Shown here one piece after another: positions 1 to 10,769 of a DNA stretch of 40,733 nt. Numbering within the stretch: the stretch's first letter is position 1; each line of letters opens with the position of its first letter. The notes beneath the pieces are model-generated. The model was not told where the DNA came from and ran no database searches. It saw only the letters and a list, made by a program, of their open reading frames with translations. The translations under genes were made by a program, and so were the position numbers. This stretch comes from Balamuthia mandrillaris (lineage: Eukaryota), in contig JAVKOQ020000063.1 in the NCBI GenBank assembly GCA_031835245.2, positions 186,001-226,733 on the forward strand, written 5' to 3'.

Positions 1-2
1 AT

Positions 3-312
3 TTTTTAGCAGACCGTGGTTTTATTGGCTTGGCTGCGGATGTTTATGTCCTTGCTCACGTTCACGACAAGGTAGTACAAGTGCTTTTTATTTTACTTCA
101 AATTTTTTGTGTTACCATCTGTCTCTATTCCTTCACTTCCTTTGTTTGACGAAACTTTTTTTCCTTCTGTCTTCTCTTCTTTTGCTCTTTCTTCTATTGA
201 TTTGCAGATATTGAGTAGTTTTGTGCAAGTTGAGGAATTTGAAACGCTGCTTCGATACTGCTCTTTCCGTCGTGACGTCGACTATGCAAAACTCTTGAAG
301 GTATTTTCTTTA

Positions 313-363
<51 letters not shown>

Positions 364-718
364 CTCATCTTCTTGTTTGTACAGTTGGTCAAAGAGAAGT
401 GTTCCATTGGCAAAGTTTTAGAGTTTGCTTTGTTACTGCTTAGCAGACATTTATTGCCTTCAGACAATGTTTGTACTCTCTTTCTTCTATCTTCTTTTTT
501 TGTGTTTTTTATAATAATGAAAAACCGCGACAGAGAGAGAGAGAATTCACGCTTTACTTTAGTTTTCTAACAAAAACGAAACAAAGGTTTTGGAAGTATT
601 GGACATCCAATTGGGAGAAGGGGAATGGAACGTTGTCGAGAAGTTAACTCGTCTCCACCAACAACACACCAACAGCAACAACAATGGTGATGCTGATGAT
701 AGCAGCAACACTGATTAA
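3..718 (+). CDS. 3' end of a clathrin heavy-chain linker-like (CLHC1-like) protein; exons <3-71, 208-300, 385-468, 587-718
   Basis: GT-AG introns join in frame to give FLADRGFIGLAADVYVLAHVHDK|ILSSFVQVEEFETLLRYCSFRRDVDYAKLLK|LVKEKCSIGKVLEFALLLL...NTD*. This resembles clathrin [38 protein letters not shown] follows at 731 and 763. Confidence 0.6.
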
Positions 719-795
719 ACACGAACCCGTAATAAATAGATTGCTGGCCAGCTTTCCGCTTCAATAAACGGACCGGAGGAAGAAGAACAAGCACT

Positions 796-956
796 TAAGG
801 CCAACTTTCCGAAGCCAGCTCAGGGCGAAGGCTTCCTTTTCCCCTCTCACCGAGGGGAGGAGGAGGCTCTAGTTTGTGGGCTTTGTCATACGTTGGGCGA
901 CCTTTTCTTTATTCACAGAGAGTAAAGGTTGCCTGATCTCGCTTTCGCATCTCTCT

Positions 957-1009
<53 letters not shown>

Positions 1010-1260
1010 TCTTTGGGAGCTTTGTCTCCTGTGGATGTGCTTGTGTGCGCTCATGTGTCACTCCTCCTTTTTTTTTTTTTTTGGAGGAGGAGGACGACGA
1101 GGCCACATGCTCTCCTTTCGTTCAGCATGCTGCAGGATGCGGAAGGGGTATTTTATTTTTGTTTTTTTTTTTTTGCAAGCACTAATGAAGAAGCACTCTA
1201 CGGTACCATAATCACCAGCGGGCGTGCCGAAGGAAGGGGTTAAAAAAAGGGGAAGAAAAA
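796..1260 (+). ncRNA. candidate structured non-coding RNA
   Basis: No credible ORF. Several nested stems, e.g. GGCGACCTTT/AAAGGTTGCC (896-933), CTTTCGCATC/GATGCGGAAG (942-951/1136-1145), TCCTGTGG/CTGCAGGA, CATGTG/CACATG, CCCCTC/GAGGGG. Most mismatches read as G-U only on the + strand. Confidence 0.4.
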
Positions 1261-1276
1261 GAGATGGAAGGAGGAG

Positions 1277-1534
1277 GACCCTTTGGTGTAAAGCTTGGCA
1301 TCACGCCCGTCTCCGAGGCGCCGTTCTTTTCTTTAAAAAAAAAACCAAAAAAAAAAATTAAAAAAAAGGAGGAGGCGCCACACGGAAACCGAACAGCTCG
1401 GTGCTCGCCTTCTCTTCTCTCCTCTCCTCTCCTCTCCTCGCGGGGAGGAGGAAGGGAGGAAGGAAGGAGGCGATGTATGCTTTTCGTTTCGGCAAACTTT
1501 GGGGGAGGTCCCAGTTCGACTCTGGGAAGGGTCA
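1277..1534 (+). ncRNA. tRNA-like RNA with ~190-nt insertion in the anticodon/variable region
   Basis: Acceptor stem GACCCTT(1277-1283)/AAGGGTC(1527-1533)+A. D arm TG-GTGT-AAAGCTTGGCA-TCAC (A box). T arm CCCAG-TTCGACT-CTGGG (1510-1526, B box). TTTT at 1539-1542. Confidence 0.65.
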
Positions 1535-1840
1535 ATCATTTTGGTTCTTCTTAAAAGACTGCTATATATTCTTTATTGTGGTGACATGGTGTGTGCATGC
1601 AGCACCCACCTCAGCAAACCAAAAAGATTCCTTCGTCTTCTCCGCCGATGCTATAACGATTTGATTTTTTGTGGTGAGCACGTGCCTCCGATCATGATCG
1701 AAAAATATCAAACCTCCAATGGAAAATCATATGTTTGTCGACATTTTTCCATTTTTAGGTTCCAATTAATTTTAAAAAAAGAAAGAAAGGCAAAAGAAAA
1801 CCGAACAACAAAACCGAAACGACGACAGTGAAAAACAAAG

Positions 1841-3283
1841 ATGAAGAGGAGGCTTGTGGTGGGGGTTGTGCTGGTTGCAGCGCTGACGCTGCTATATTTC
1901 TTTATGTGGACGCCCACGGCCTCCAGAACCGTCATCGTGATGAAGGGCGCCGTCACCACGATACACTGGCAGCCCCTTCGGCGCGACTGCCAAGGGGAGA
2001 GCCTGGCCACCCTCATGAACTCGCTCGACTGGGCCAAGTACGAGAGCCTGGCCACCGACAGGCTGGACTACGACCTCTTCTCCGAGTTCATGGCGGAGCT
2101 GACGCCCTGGGCCGTCTCCGAGCCCACTGGGCCTCCTTTCAGGAACGCCCACGAGGGGCTGGCGGAGCGCACGGACTGCGCTCAGCCGGACGTCTCCCGC
2201 CTCTTCACAGGCCGCAAGCGGAGCAAGGTCCCCAAGCTCATCGACTTTGTGCCCTTTGGCTACGACATTGACGTGCTGGACGTGCACCTGCACGAGCTGC
2301 AGGAGGTGGTCGACCTGTTCGTCGTCTATGAGACCACGTGGACGCAACGGCCTCACCTCCACAAGCCCCTCTACGGGGCTTTGCTCCGCCATCGCTTCAA
2401 GCACCTCGAGCACAAGATCCTGTGGTTGATAGGGGATGATGCCGACCTCCTCCCCGTGGAGATGGAGATGAGCACTGGGCATGACAGTTGGGTGTTGGAG
2501 AACTCCATGCGCAAGGTGCCGATGCAGAAGTTCAAGAAATTGCTGCCCCACCTGCCGCAGTTCCAACCGGGAGCAGGAGGAGAGGACCCGTTGGAAGGAG
2601 CTCTTCTCACGGAGAACGACGGAGACGAAATATGGAAAGCTGAATACTTGATGCTGGTGAAACTATGTGAACTCCGGCCCAACATCAACTTTCCCATAGA
2701 CTCTGGCTCCATTCTCTTCAAGCACAGTTTTGACTTTGGGGAGTGGCTTTCGCCTGGAGACAATACCCTGCGTGGCAGCCACATGGACCGAAGCACGGTT
2801 GACCTCTTCAAACCTCATCTCGAGAAAGGATTGGTCATTCGGGCCAGACCGCCCCAGGCTCACATGCCGGTCGGCGCCTCCAACCATCTTTCCAGCTTTA
2901 TGACACCCATCAGCGGCGCTTTCAAAGAGCACGGAGGAGTGATAGAAGCTCCGGAGGACTCGCATCTGCCAAAGGAGTTGGTGGCAGCCGGCAAAGAGGG
3001 AAGGATCACGGTGGACACCATCCTGGACAATTTCGTGTTCGTGCAGTGCATTCAAACGAGACGATGGAAGGACACGCTGTCGCAGCGGGATACGGAGCGG
3101 CTGTACAACGAGGTCATTTTGAAGACGGTAAGAGAGAACAGGGAGAGGTATTGCTTTTTGTGGGGCAGAGAAGGAGAGGAGGGACGGGATGACTTTATGA
3201 ACAGGGCTGCTGCGAACTTGCCCGACATTTATCAGCGGCATTGTCATCGAAGTGTTGGTTCTGGCGTCAAAAAAAATTCTTAA
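1841..3283 (+). CDS. Glycosyltransferase family 17 (MGAT3/GnT-III-like), type II membrane protein, intronless
   Basis: N-terminal TM. Motifs IDFVPFGYDIDVLDVHLHEL..VVDLFVVYE..T, KPLY, W.LEN..R and DGDEI (cf. DVDEI). Confidence 0.85.
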   Translation: MKRRLVVGVVLVAALTLLYFFMWTPTASRTVIVMKGAVTTIHWQPLRRDCQGESLATLMNSLDWAKYESLATDRLDYDLFSEFMAELTPWAVSEPTGPPFRNAHEGLAERTDCAQPDVSRLFTGRKRSKVPKLIDFVPFGYDIDVLDVHLHELQEVVDLFVVYETTWTQRPHLHKPLYGALLRHRFKHLEHKILWLIGDDADLLPVEMEMSTGHDSWVLENSMRKVPMQKFKKLLPHLPQFQPGAGGEDPLEGALLTENDGDEIWKAEYLMLVKLCELRPNINFPIDSGSILFKHSFDFGEWLSPGDNTLRGSHMDRSTVDLFKPHLEKGLVIRARPPQAHMPVGASNHLSSFMTPISGAFKEHGGVIEAPEDSHLPKELVAAGKEGRITVDTILDNFVFVQCIQTRRWKDTLSQRDTERLYNEVILKTVRENRERYCFLWGREGEEGRDDFMNRAAANLPDIYQRHCHRSVGSGVKKNS

Positions 3284-3325
3284 GAGGTAGGAAAATAAAT
3301 AAAAGCAAGAACCGTCCCTTTCCCC

Positions 3326-3620
3326 GTGTTGTTTTTGTTTTTGTTATTCTTCTTGGTCTTGTTCTTCGTCTTCGTTTTCTTGTTCTGCTTCTTCGTGTTC
3401 TTGTTCTTCTTGTTCTTCTTGTTCTTCTTCTTCTTCTTCTTGTTCTTCTTGTTCTGCTTCTTCTTCTTCTTCTTCTTCTTGTTCTGCTTCTTCTTCTTCT
3501 TCTTCTTCTTCTTCTTCTTCTTCTTCTTCTTCTTCTTCTTCTTCTTCTTCTTCTTCTTCTTCTTCTTCTTCTTCTTCTTCTTCTTCTTCTTCTTCTTCTG
3601 CTTCTTCTGCTTCTCCTTGT
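3326..3620. repeat. (TTC)n/(TTG) trinucleotide microsatellite, read as a poly-Glu tail on the minus strand
   Basis: Visible directly in the sequence. Confidence 0.95.
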
Positions 3621-4400
3621 TCGTCATATATTCCACAGTATGCTCTTTTCAACCATCGCATAATATCCGCATGTTGATTGATTGCAGCACCGCGTAAGGC
3701 ATCGTCGTCCCAAGGACATCCGTTTTTGATAGCCCATTGCACCACCAATTCCAAGTATCCATTCGAGGCAGCCCTTTCGCAGGTGTGCTCGTCCCAAGGG
3801 CATCCGTTTTCTCTGGCCCATTGCAGCACCTCCAAATGGCCGCTGTTTGCTGCTGCCGAACAAGTGTGCTCGTCCCAAGGACATCCATTCTCTCTTGCCC
3901 ATTTCAAAACGTTCAACTGGCCGTTCTGGGCAGCACCGCTGCACGTTGTGGTGTTCCAAGGAAAGCTGTTTGCCCTTAGCCATTTCAACACGAACAAAAA
4001 TGTCCCTTTTCTGCAGCCAAGCAGCAAGCATTTTCGGACGAGGGACACCCATTTGCTTTTGCCCATTCCAAAACGTCTCTATGGCCCGCCAACGCAGCAT
4101 AGAGGCGACCAATCCCAAGGACATCCAATTGTTCTCAACCATTGCAACACCTCTAAATGCCCACCCAAAGCAGCTTGAGCACAGGTTTGTTCACCCCAAG
4201 TACACCCGTTTTCTCTCGCCCATCTTCTTCATGGCCACCCATGGCATCATTGTTGCAAGTCCTTTGGTCCCAAGGGCACCCGTTCTCTCTTGCCTATTGC
4301 AATAATTCTAAATGTCCGCCACTGGCAGCGCTAGAACAAGTATTCTCGTCCCAAGGACTTCCCTTATCTCTGGCCCATATCAACATCTCCAAGTGCCCAT
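3344..4400 (-). pseudogene. Decayed ankyrin-repeat gene of the GHLEVLQWARENGCPWDE type
   Basis: About 7 repeat units spread over different frames. In-frame TAG at 4294-4296 replaces Trp (LQ*ARENGCPWD). Several frameshifts between ~4000 and ~4235. No N-terminal region. Confidence 0.85.
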
Positions 4401-4673
4401 GAAGAGAAGAGAGAAGAGAGAAGAGAGAAGAGACGGAAGGGGCACATGTGCTTTCATTTATTTACAGCTGTGTTGTTGCTTTCAAATACTGAAAAAGGGT
4501 TTGTGTTGTGCGTGTTGTTGCATTAAAGTGTGCTTCTGCTTTAGCTCTCTCACTCCGCTTACTTGGAGCCCATTGTCTTCTTCAACGTCTTTTTCAACAT
4601 GGAGAGAGCGCCGCCTCCGCCGCCACCGCTGCTACTGCCCCCTCCTCTTCTTCTTCCTCCCTCTTCATACTCG

Positions 4674-7600
4674 TCAGAATAACGAGTCCAGACTTCCTCT
4701 ACCTTCTCCTTCCTCTCCTGGTCTAGACACTTCGTACTCCACCATTCTAGGCAAGCTTTGTTCTTCTCCTTCGTCGTAGTATCTCTTTCTTTGTTCTCCT
4801 TCGTAGTAGTAACGCGGCAAACTTTCTTCTCCCTCGTCGTATTCCTTTCTTTCTCCTCCTTCGTCGTAGTATTTCTTCCTTACTTCTTCTTCTCCTCCAC
4901 CTCCTCTCCACCTCTCCGGCTCTGTCGCATGCATTACGATCCAGTCAGATGAGTCCAAGGTGTTGCGATAGCTCGGCTCTTCTTTTTTCTTCTCTTCTCC
5001 TTCAGCTTCTTCTTTCTTCTTCATCATCTTCTCCTCTTCTGGCACGTGTTCGAGGTGCGTGTTTCGTTCTTTCATTCTCTGCGCTTCTCTCTCCAAGCTT
5101 TCGATATCCCTCTGCTTCTGTTTCAACGCATCCACTTCTTCTCCCATTTCCTCGATTCGTTTATGCATGCGATCTATCCTTTCCTGCATCTCGCTTTCTG
5201 GCTCTTGCATTCTTTCCAACGTTGATTCTCCTACTTTCTCTTTGCCTTTCTCCACGCTTTCCTTATCTCGCAGTGCTTGCTTGGCTCGTTCTAGTCCTTC
5301 TAATTCTTTGCGAAGTCGTTCGATGCCATCTGCTCTCCACTCCACATAATCTCTCATCTGCGCCATCTCTTCTCTCCTTTCTTGTTCCTTTTCTCTCTGT
5401 TGCACTGTCGCTTCTTCTTCACCAGCTTTAATCGTCGTTGTTTCGCCCTCTGCGCGTTCCTTTTCGATGTCTTCACTAAGCTTTCCTTTCAAGTTCTGCA
5501 ACTCCGCTCTCTGCTTTTCCAATTCTTGTTTCATCACTTCTATCTCTTCTATCTCTTTCTTGCGACTCGAAATTCTCTCCAGAGTGGCTTCTCTTCCTTC
5601 TTTCTCACTTGTCACCATCACCGAGGTTCCCTCTTCCTTCTTCTCTTCTTCTTTCGCTTGAGGAAGAAGTGCTTTCTCTTGTTCCTTCTTCTCTTCTGGC
5701 GCTTTGGGAAGAAGAATTTCCTTCTCCTGTTCCTTCTTCTCTTCCAGCATTGTCGGTGGTCTAAGCTCTTCTTCCTCTTCCATCGTTATGGGAACCGTCC
5801 TCCAAACAAGCGGCTTCTTCTGCTCTGCCATTTTCTGCGCTGTGACCGTCGCTTTGACTGGAACTGTCACACCCGCCTCTTGTTCTTGCTCTGGCAGACT
5901 TACCGGCACAGTCACCCACGAAGGAAGCTTTCGCTCCGCAACTTTTTCCTCAGGAACGACCTTAACGGCTATGCCAAACGGTTCTTGAACTTCTCCTCCT
6001 TTCTTCGCCTTCATCTTCTTCTGCTTCTGTTGCTGCTTGCGTTCCAATTTTTCTTGCTTCTTTTGTAGCTTCTGTTCCTTCTTAAGACGCCTTCTTTCCT
6101 CTTTCGTCATCTTTTTCTTTGGTTCTTCTGCTGGACGTTCAATTTTGTGCCATTCTTCTTCCATTGCCTCTTCTTTCTCTTTCTCCTTTGCTTCTCCTTC
6201 TTCGTGGAAAGTGATGGGGATGGGTTCGAACTTCTTCTCCTCTTTTGGCGCCATGGGGGTCACCTTAACAGGAACCGTCACATCTTTCACCTTTCCCGCT
6301 TCCTTTTCCTTCTTCGCGATGGGAATTGCCTGCCATTTTTTTGGAGGACGTCCACCGACGGAAGGAGCCACATAGACTTGAATCTTTTCCGATGTCACCG
6401 GTTCCATCTCCTCTTTTCGTTTCAACTCCACCTCGAATTCTTTTTCTTTTCCTTTTTCCTCCATTACTTTCGGTTTTTCCTCCATCTTCTCTTTCTCTAT
6501 AACTCCGATCTTCTTCTCTTCAAAAGCGGGTTTACCGACTTTTTCGATCTTTTCCACTTCGCGTTTCACTCTTCCTCTGCCGAGTTCTTCTTCTTTCTTC
6601 TGAAGCAGGTCTCTGATGAACATCTTTTGTTTTTCCAGCTCCGATTCCTTCGTTGTCGGTCTTTCAAGTCTTTCTTCCTTCCAGAATGGAGTGGCGGGCT
6701 TCATGAATTGCTTCTCTTTCTCTTTCAAAAGCATCGCTAGCTGTTGTTTCTGCTCCTTCAAGTGCGCTTCTTTTGCTTCTTCTTCTTCCAACAAGAACGA
6801 TCTCTCTTCGTGATAAGAAGGTTTCTTCTTCATCTGCTTCTGGAATCGTTCTCGCTCTGCTGGTTCTTCTTCGAATCTAAACTTGGCTTCTTTGGAAAGC
6901 ATCATCCTCCTCAACCACAACTTTTGTTCGTGGATGTCCTCTTCCGGCTCTCTTTCGAAGAACACTCGCTCTTTCTTCTTCTTCCTCTTCTCCTTTTCTT
7001 CGGGCCGATAGAATATCGCCGGTTGCCTCTCTTCCTCAGCCTCGCTGCGCCTCCTTTCAGTGGCAGCCAACCATCTTTTCAACTCCTCTTTCTGTTTTTT
7101 CACCTCTTCTTCTTTTTCTTGTTCTTCTTTGAGGAGGTCCAACATTTCCTGCTTTTGTTCTTCTTGGCGCATCATTGGTTGCTCTGGTTGGAAGAACTTC
7201 GGTTTTCGTTCCTCTATTTCTTCTCGTTGCACTGTCGCCGGCTCTTCTTTTTCTTCTTCTACGAAGAGCTTTGGTATTTCTTTCTTCTTTTCTTCTCCCG
7301 TTATCATTGCGGGTTCTTTTTCTTTCTCCTTTTCTTTTTCCTGCTGCGTTTCCTCTTTCCACGCTTTGGTCGTTTCCTCAGTTGGAGGTATTTCCTCTTC
7401 CTTCGCTTTCCACAGTTGCACCAGTTTTTCCTTTTGTTCCTTCAACTTCTCTTTCTCTTTTTTCTTCTTCTCTTTCTCCTTCATTTTCTTCTCTTCCTCA
7501 TCTTGTTCTTTCTCCGGTTTCTTCTCATCTCCTCCTCCTCCTCCTCCTCCTCCTCCTCCTCCTCCTCCTCCTCCTCCTCCACTACTTCCACTTTCCCCTC

Positions 7601-9914
7601 CTTCCCCTCCTCCTTCTCTTCCGCCTTCCTGGTCTCGGTCCTTTTCTTCTTTTTGTTCCTTTCTTTCTTCTCCTCCTCCTTTTTCCCCTTCTGTCGGAGG
7701 AACACTTTCTTTGCTTTCTCCTGCTCCGCCTTCTGATGCAGCCACAAACGCCATTGAGGGTCCACCTTCTTCTTCCATTCGTTCGACCTCCAACTCCAGT
7801 TCTTTCTCTTCCATTTCTTTGTGCTGTAATGCTGCTTCTCTTTCTTTTTCGTCTTTGATGTCTTCTTGTGCATCTTCTTCGTCCGTTGGACCTCGTTTCT
7901 CCTCCGCGAAAGCTTTCATCAGCTCTTCTTTTGCTTCTTCTCTTTCCCTTTTCTTGGCTATTTTCTGTTCTTCTGCCTCTTCTTCTCCTCCTTCCTCAGC
8001 TTCTTCTTCAAAGGTGGTAGTCGTCGTTGTCGTTTCTTGAACTATCGTCACCTCAAGTTCTAGTTCTTCTTCTTCGCCTTCGTCTCCTTCGATTTGTGAA
8101 GAGGTGGAAGAAGGAACAAGAAGTTGCGATTCCGTCGTCGATGTTCTTCCTCGTTTTCTGTTCTCTAGTTCTTGCATCGCATCCATCGCCAACAAACGCA
8201 TTAACTCTCTGGCAACTTGTCCGGATCGATCCTTGACGCGTTTCATTTCCTCTTCTACTCCCGCTACTTCTGTCTTGGCCGGATAGTAGTACGCCTCCGG
8301 CTCTCCTTCTTTCGTCTCTGCTTTGCTCACAGCCAACGTTGGTTGCTCGGACCAGTCTCCTTGAACAAATAAAACCCCAAATAAAAAAAAAAAACAAAAA
8401 AATAAATCAACAGAACAACAAACAAAAACAAAAACAAAAACAAAAAAAGAAGTCAGAAAGAGAAAAACCAAAATAAAAAAGAACACGAAAAAAAGAAACA
8501 TACCGGAGAGCAACAATAGTTGCGGAAGACAAGAGCGCATCAATTTTGTCTTCTCGTTCTCGATGCTGGCCTTCTCCGCCCTGCCCAAACAAAGCTGGAC
8601 CATGTCCCTCAGTTCATCCGCTTGCGTCCTAATGGACTCCATCAGAGCGACCGCGCCTTGCGCCAGGCTCTCGACCAGTCGTTCGTCCGTCGTAAAGCTT
8701 TGCTTTTCGCTCCTCTCGGCCTTTCGACGGTCTTTCTCTTCAACGGTTTCGGTCGCCTCTTTGACTTCTCCCGTTTCACCTTTTTGTTGATGTTGATCCA
8801 AAGCGAGAAGCTCGCGAACGATGAGAGAGAGCTTTCGTTCGGCCTCGGAGGCCATCTCCAGGACATCGGCCTCCAACAACTCGATGGAGCGAAGCTCTTC
8901 GTTCCCTCTCTCTCTTCCCTCCTCCCATCCTTCCTCCTCTCTCTCCCTCAATTGCTCCTCATAGGAAGGAGGAGACGTGGCTGGTAGCGGCGGCTCCGTT
9001 TGCAGCATTGTCGGCGTTGTGGTACGTTTGTGGTCTTCTGCAAAAAAAAGCAGAGAGAGAGAAAGAAACGAGTATAGCGTAAATATGAGGGGAAAAAAAA
9101 ACCGAAAAAGTTGAAAAGGAAGAATGAGCATTTGAAAAGTGACAGAAAATCGGAAGAGAATTGGAGGAGACGTGTTTTGATTGGTCGATCTCTGTCGACA
9201 CTAAATTTTGATTGGTCCAATTCGGAAAAGAGAAGGAAAGCCGAAAGAAAGAAACCGAAAACACGAGAACGGGCTATAGCGAGAGAAGCAAAGGAGAAGG
9301 AGGAGGGAATGAAGACAACAAACAAAAAAAAGGTTGTTGTTGGCGAGGAGGAACGGTCACTCACCTTGGTTGAGTTCAACGAATGGCGGCGGCGCTTTGG
9401 CTGTCTTCTCCTCTCCAGCCTCCTGTGCTCGGGGATGACGTCGCATGTCCTCCTCCTCGGATATGCGTTCTTCTCTCTCCTTCTCTGCTTCTTCTATCTC
9501 TTTCTTCCATTTGCTTCTCTCGGGTTGGTCCTCTGTTTCGCCAGTGACTTCGCTTTCTGCTATTCCCGTTTGTTGTTGGGAAGGGAGACCAGCACTCGTT
9601 TCCGTTTCTCCGGCTTCTTCTTCTTCCTCCTTCAGCTTCGCTCTCCACTTGACGTATTCCTCGTCTTTCTCCTTTCCTTTCTCCTCCTTCCTCGTCTTCT
9701 TCTTCTTCTTCTCCTCCTCTTTTTGCTTTCGTAGAATGTCGCTATAAACATTGCGAAACGTGGGGTGCAGCTGCTCTTCTTCTGCTTTCCTCTCGTCCTC
9801 CTCCTCCTCCTCCTCCGGCGGGAGCTTGACCAACGTCCGCGAGGGCTTGCTGTAAGGACTCCACCCCGTGGCCGACTCCATCAGCTTCCAAAAGGCAGGC
9901 ATCGTCAAGTCCAT
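4674..9914 (-). CDS. Very large Glu/Lys-rich, largely coiled-coil/disordered protein (~1590 aa); exons 9914-9365, 9037-8504, 8359-4674
   Basis: Phase-compatible GT-AG introns link MDLTMPAFWKL... to EDHKRTT... and GDWSEQ.... The last exon is a 3.7-kb open frame. No recognisable family. Confidence 0.8.
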
Positions 9915-10769
9915 TTTTTTTTTGGTTTTCCTCTCCCTCTTTTCTTTCTTCCTTTCTTTCTGTTGTGTTGGTTTGGGAAAAAAAAAAGGTTTTAGAATAG
10001 AACAATCGGAGGGGAAAGGAAGGAAGGAGGGAAGGAAGAGAGAGAGACCTTCAAGGAGCAATTTCTTTCTTCTTTTTTTAAAAAAAAAAACCGGTGGCAA
10101 TGGGTTTTCCCTCTGGTTTCACTCGATATGTCTCTGGTTTTTTTTTTTTTTGTTTTGGTGGTGGCATTTTCGTTGCTTCGAAGGAGGAGGGGGAAGAGAG
10201 CATGAAGGAAGACCAGTTGTAGCGAGGCCAAAAATAAATAGTGAAAAAATACCTCTTCGTCCAGTTTGTTGCTTCTTCTTCTTCTTTCTCCTTTCGTTTG
10301 TTGCATTTTTTTTTCTGGCCCTTTTTTTTTTTAATAATATCCTCGGCAATCGACACTATCCTAACGATTATCGGGTCCATGAATTTCTTGTCGACGTGGT
10401 GTCTAGCGCGGAGGACCGAAAATTCCGAATTGGTGTATCGATAACAGAGATAATTATTGTTTTTATGTTTTGGCTTCGGTGACGTCAGGCTTCACACGTG
10501 CGCGAGTTTTTGTCGACCTCATTTTGTACCGTCTTTGGTGCCCACTAACACACGTGCTTTTCCAACAATACTAGAACAAGTGGTTTCGTTGCGGAGAACG
10601 TGAAACACGAAACAAGTCACGAACAACTTTTCAAGAAAAGTTAGTCGATGCGTGAAAACGAACAACTATAAATTGTAAAGCCAAAGAATGGTGTTGTTCC
10701 TGTTTCGTAGTAGTAGTACAATAAATAAAGCATTACCACCCAAAGCCAACTCGCTTCTTTCCGAACGTA

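Noticed and set aside
796..1260. Telomerase RNA, RNase P/MRP or spliceosomal snRNA identity
   Set aside because: No CTAACCCT-type template, no P4 CR-I/CR-V pair and no U1/U2/U5/U6 signature found by eye; not excluded without cmscan.
1376..1400. Resemblance of CACGGAAACCGAACAG to SRP helix 8
   Set aside because: Lacks the conserved CAGG/AGCAG symmetric loop; no Alu domain seen.
1277..1534. tmRNA interpretation
   Set aside because: No G3-U70 pair, a D stem is present, and there is no tag-like reading frame.
3241..3697. Poly-Leu/Phe/Lys ORFs and the many LSLSLS/ERERER/CPCPCP ORFs throughout the window
   Set aside because: Artefacts of stop-free microsatellites in introns and UTRs.
4949..8990. 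Long + strand Ser/Phe/Leu-rich ORFs
   Set aside because: Antisense shadows of the Glu/Lys-rich gene.
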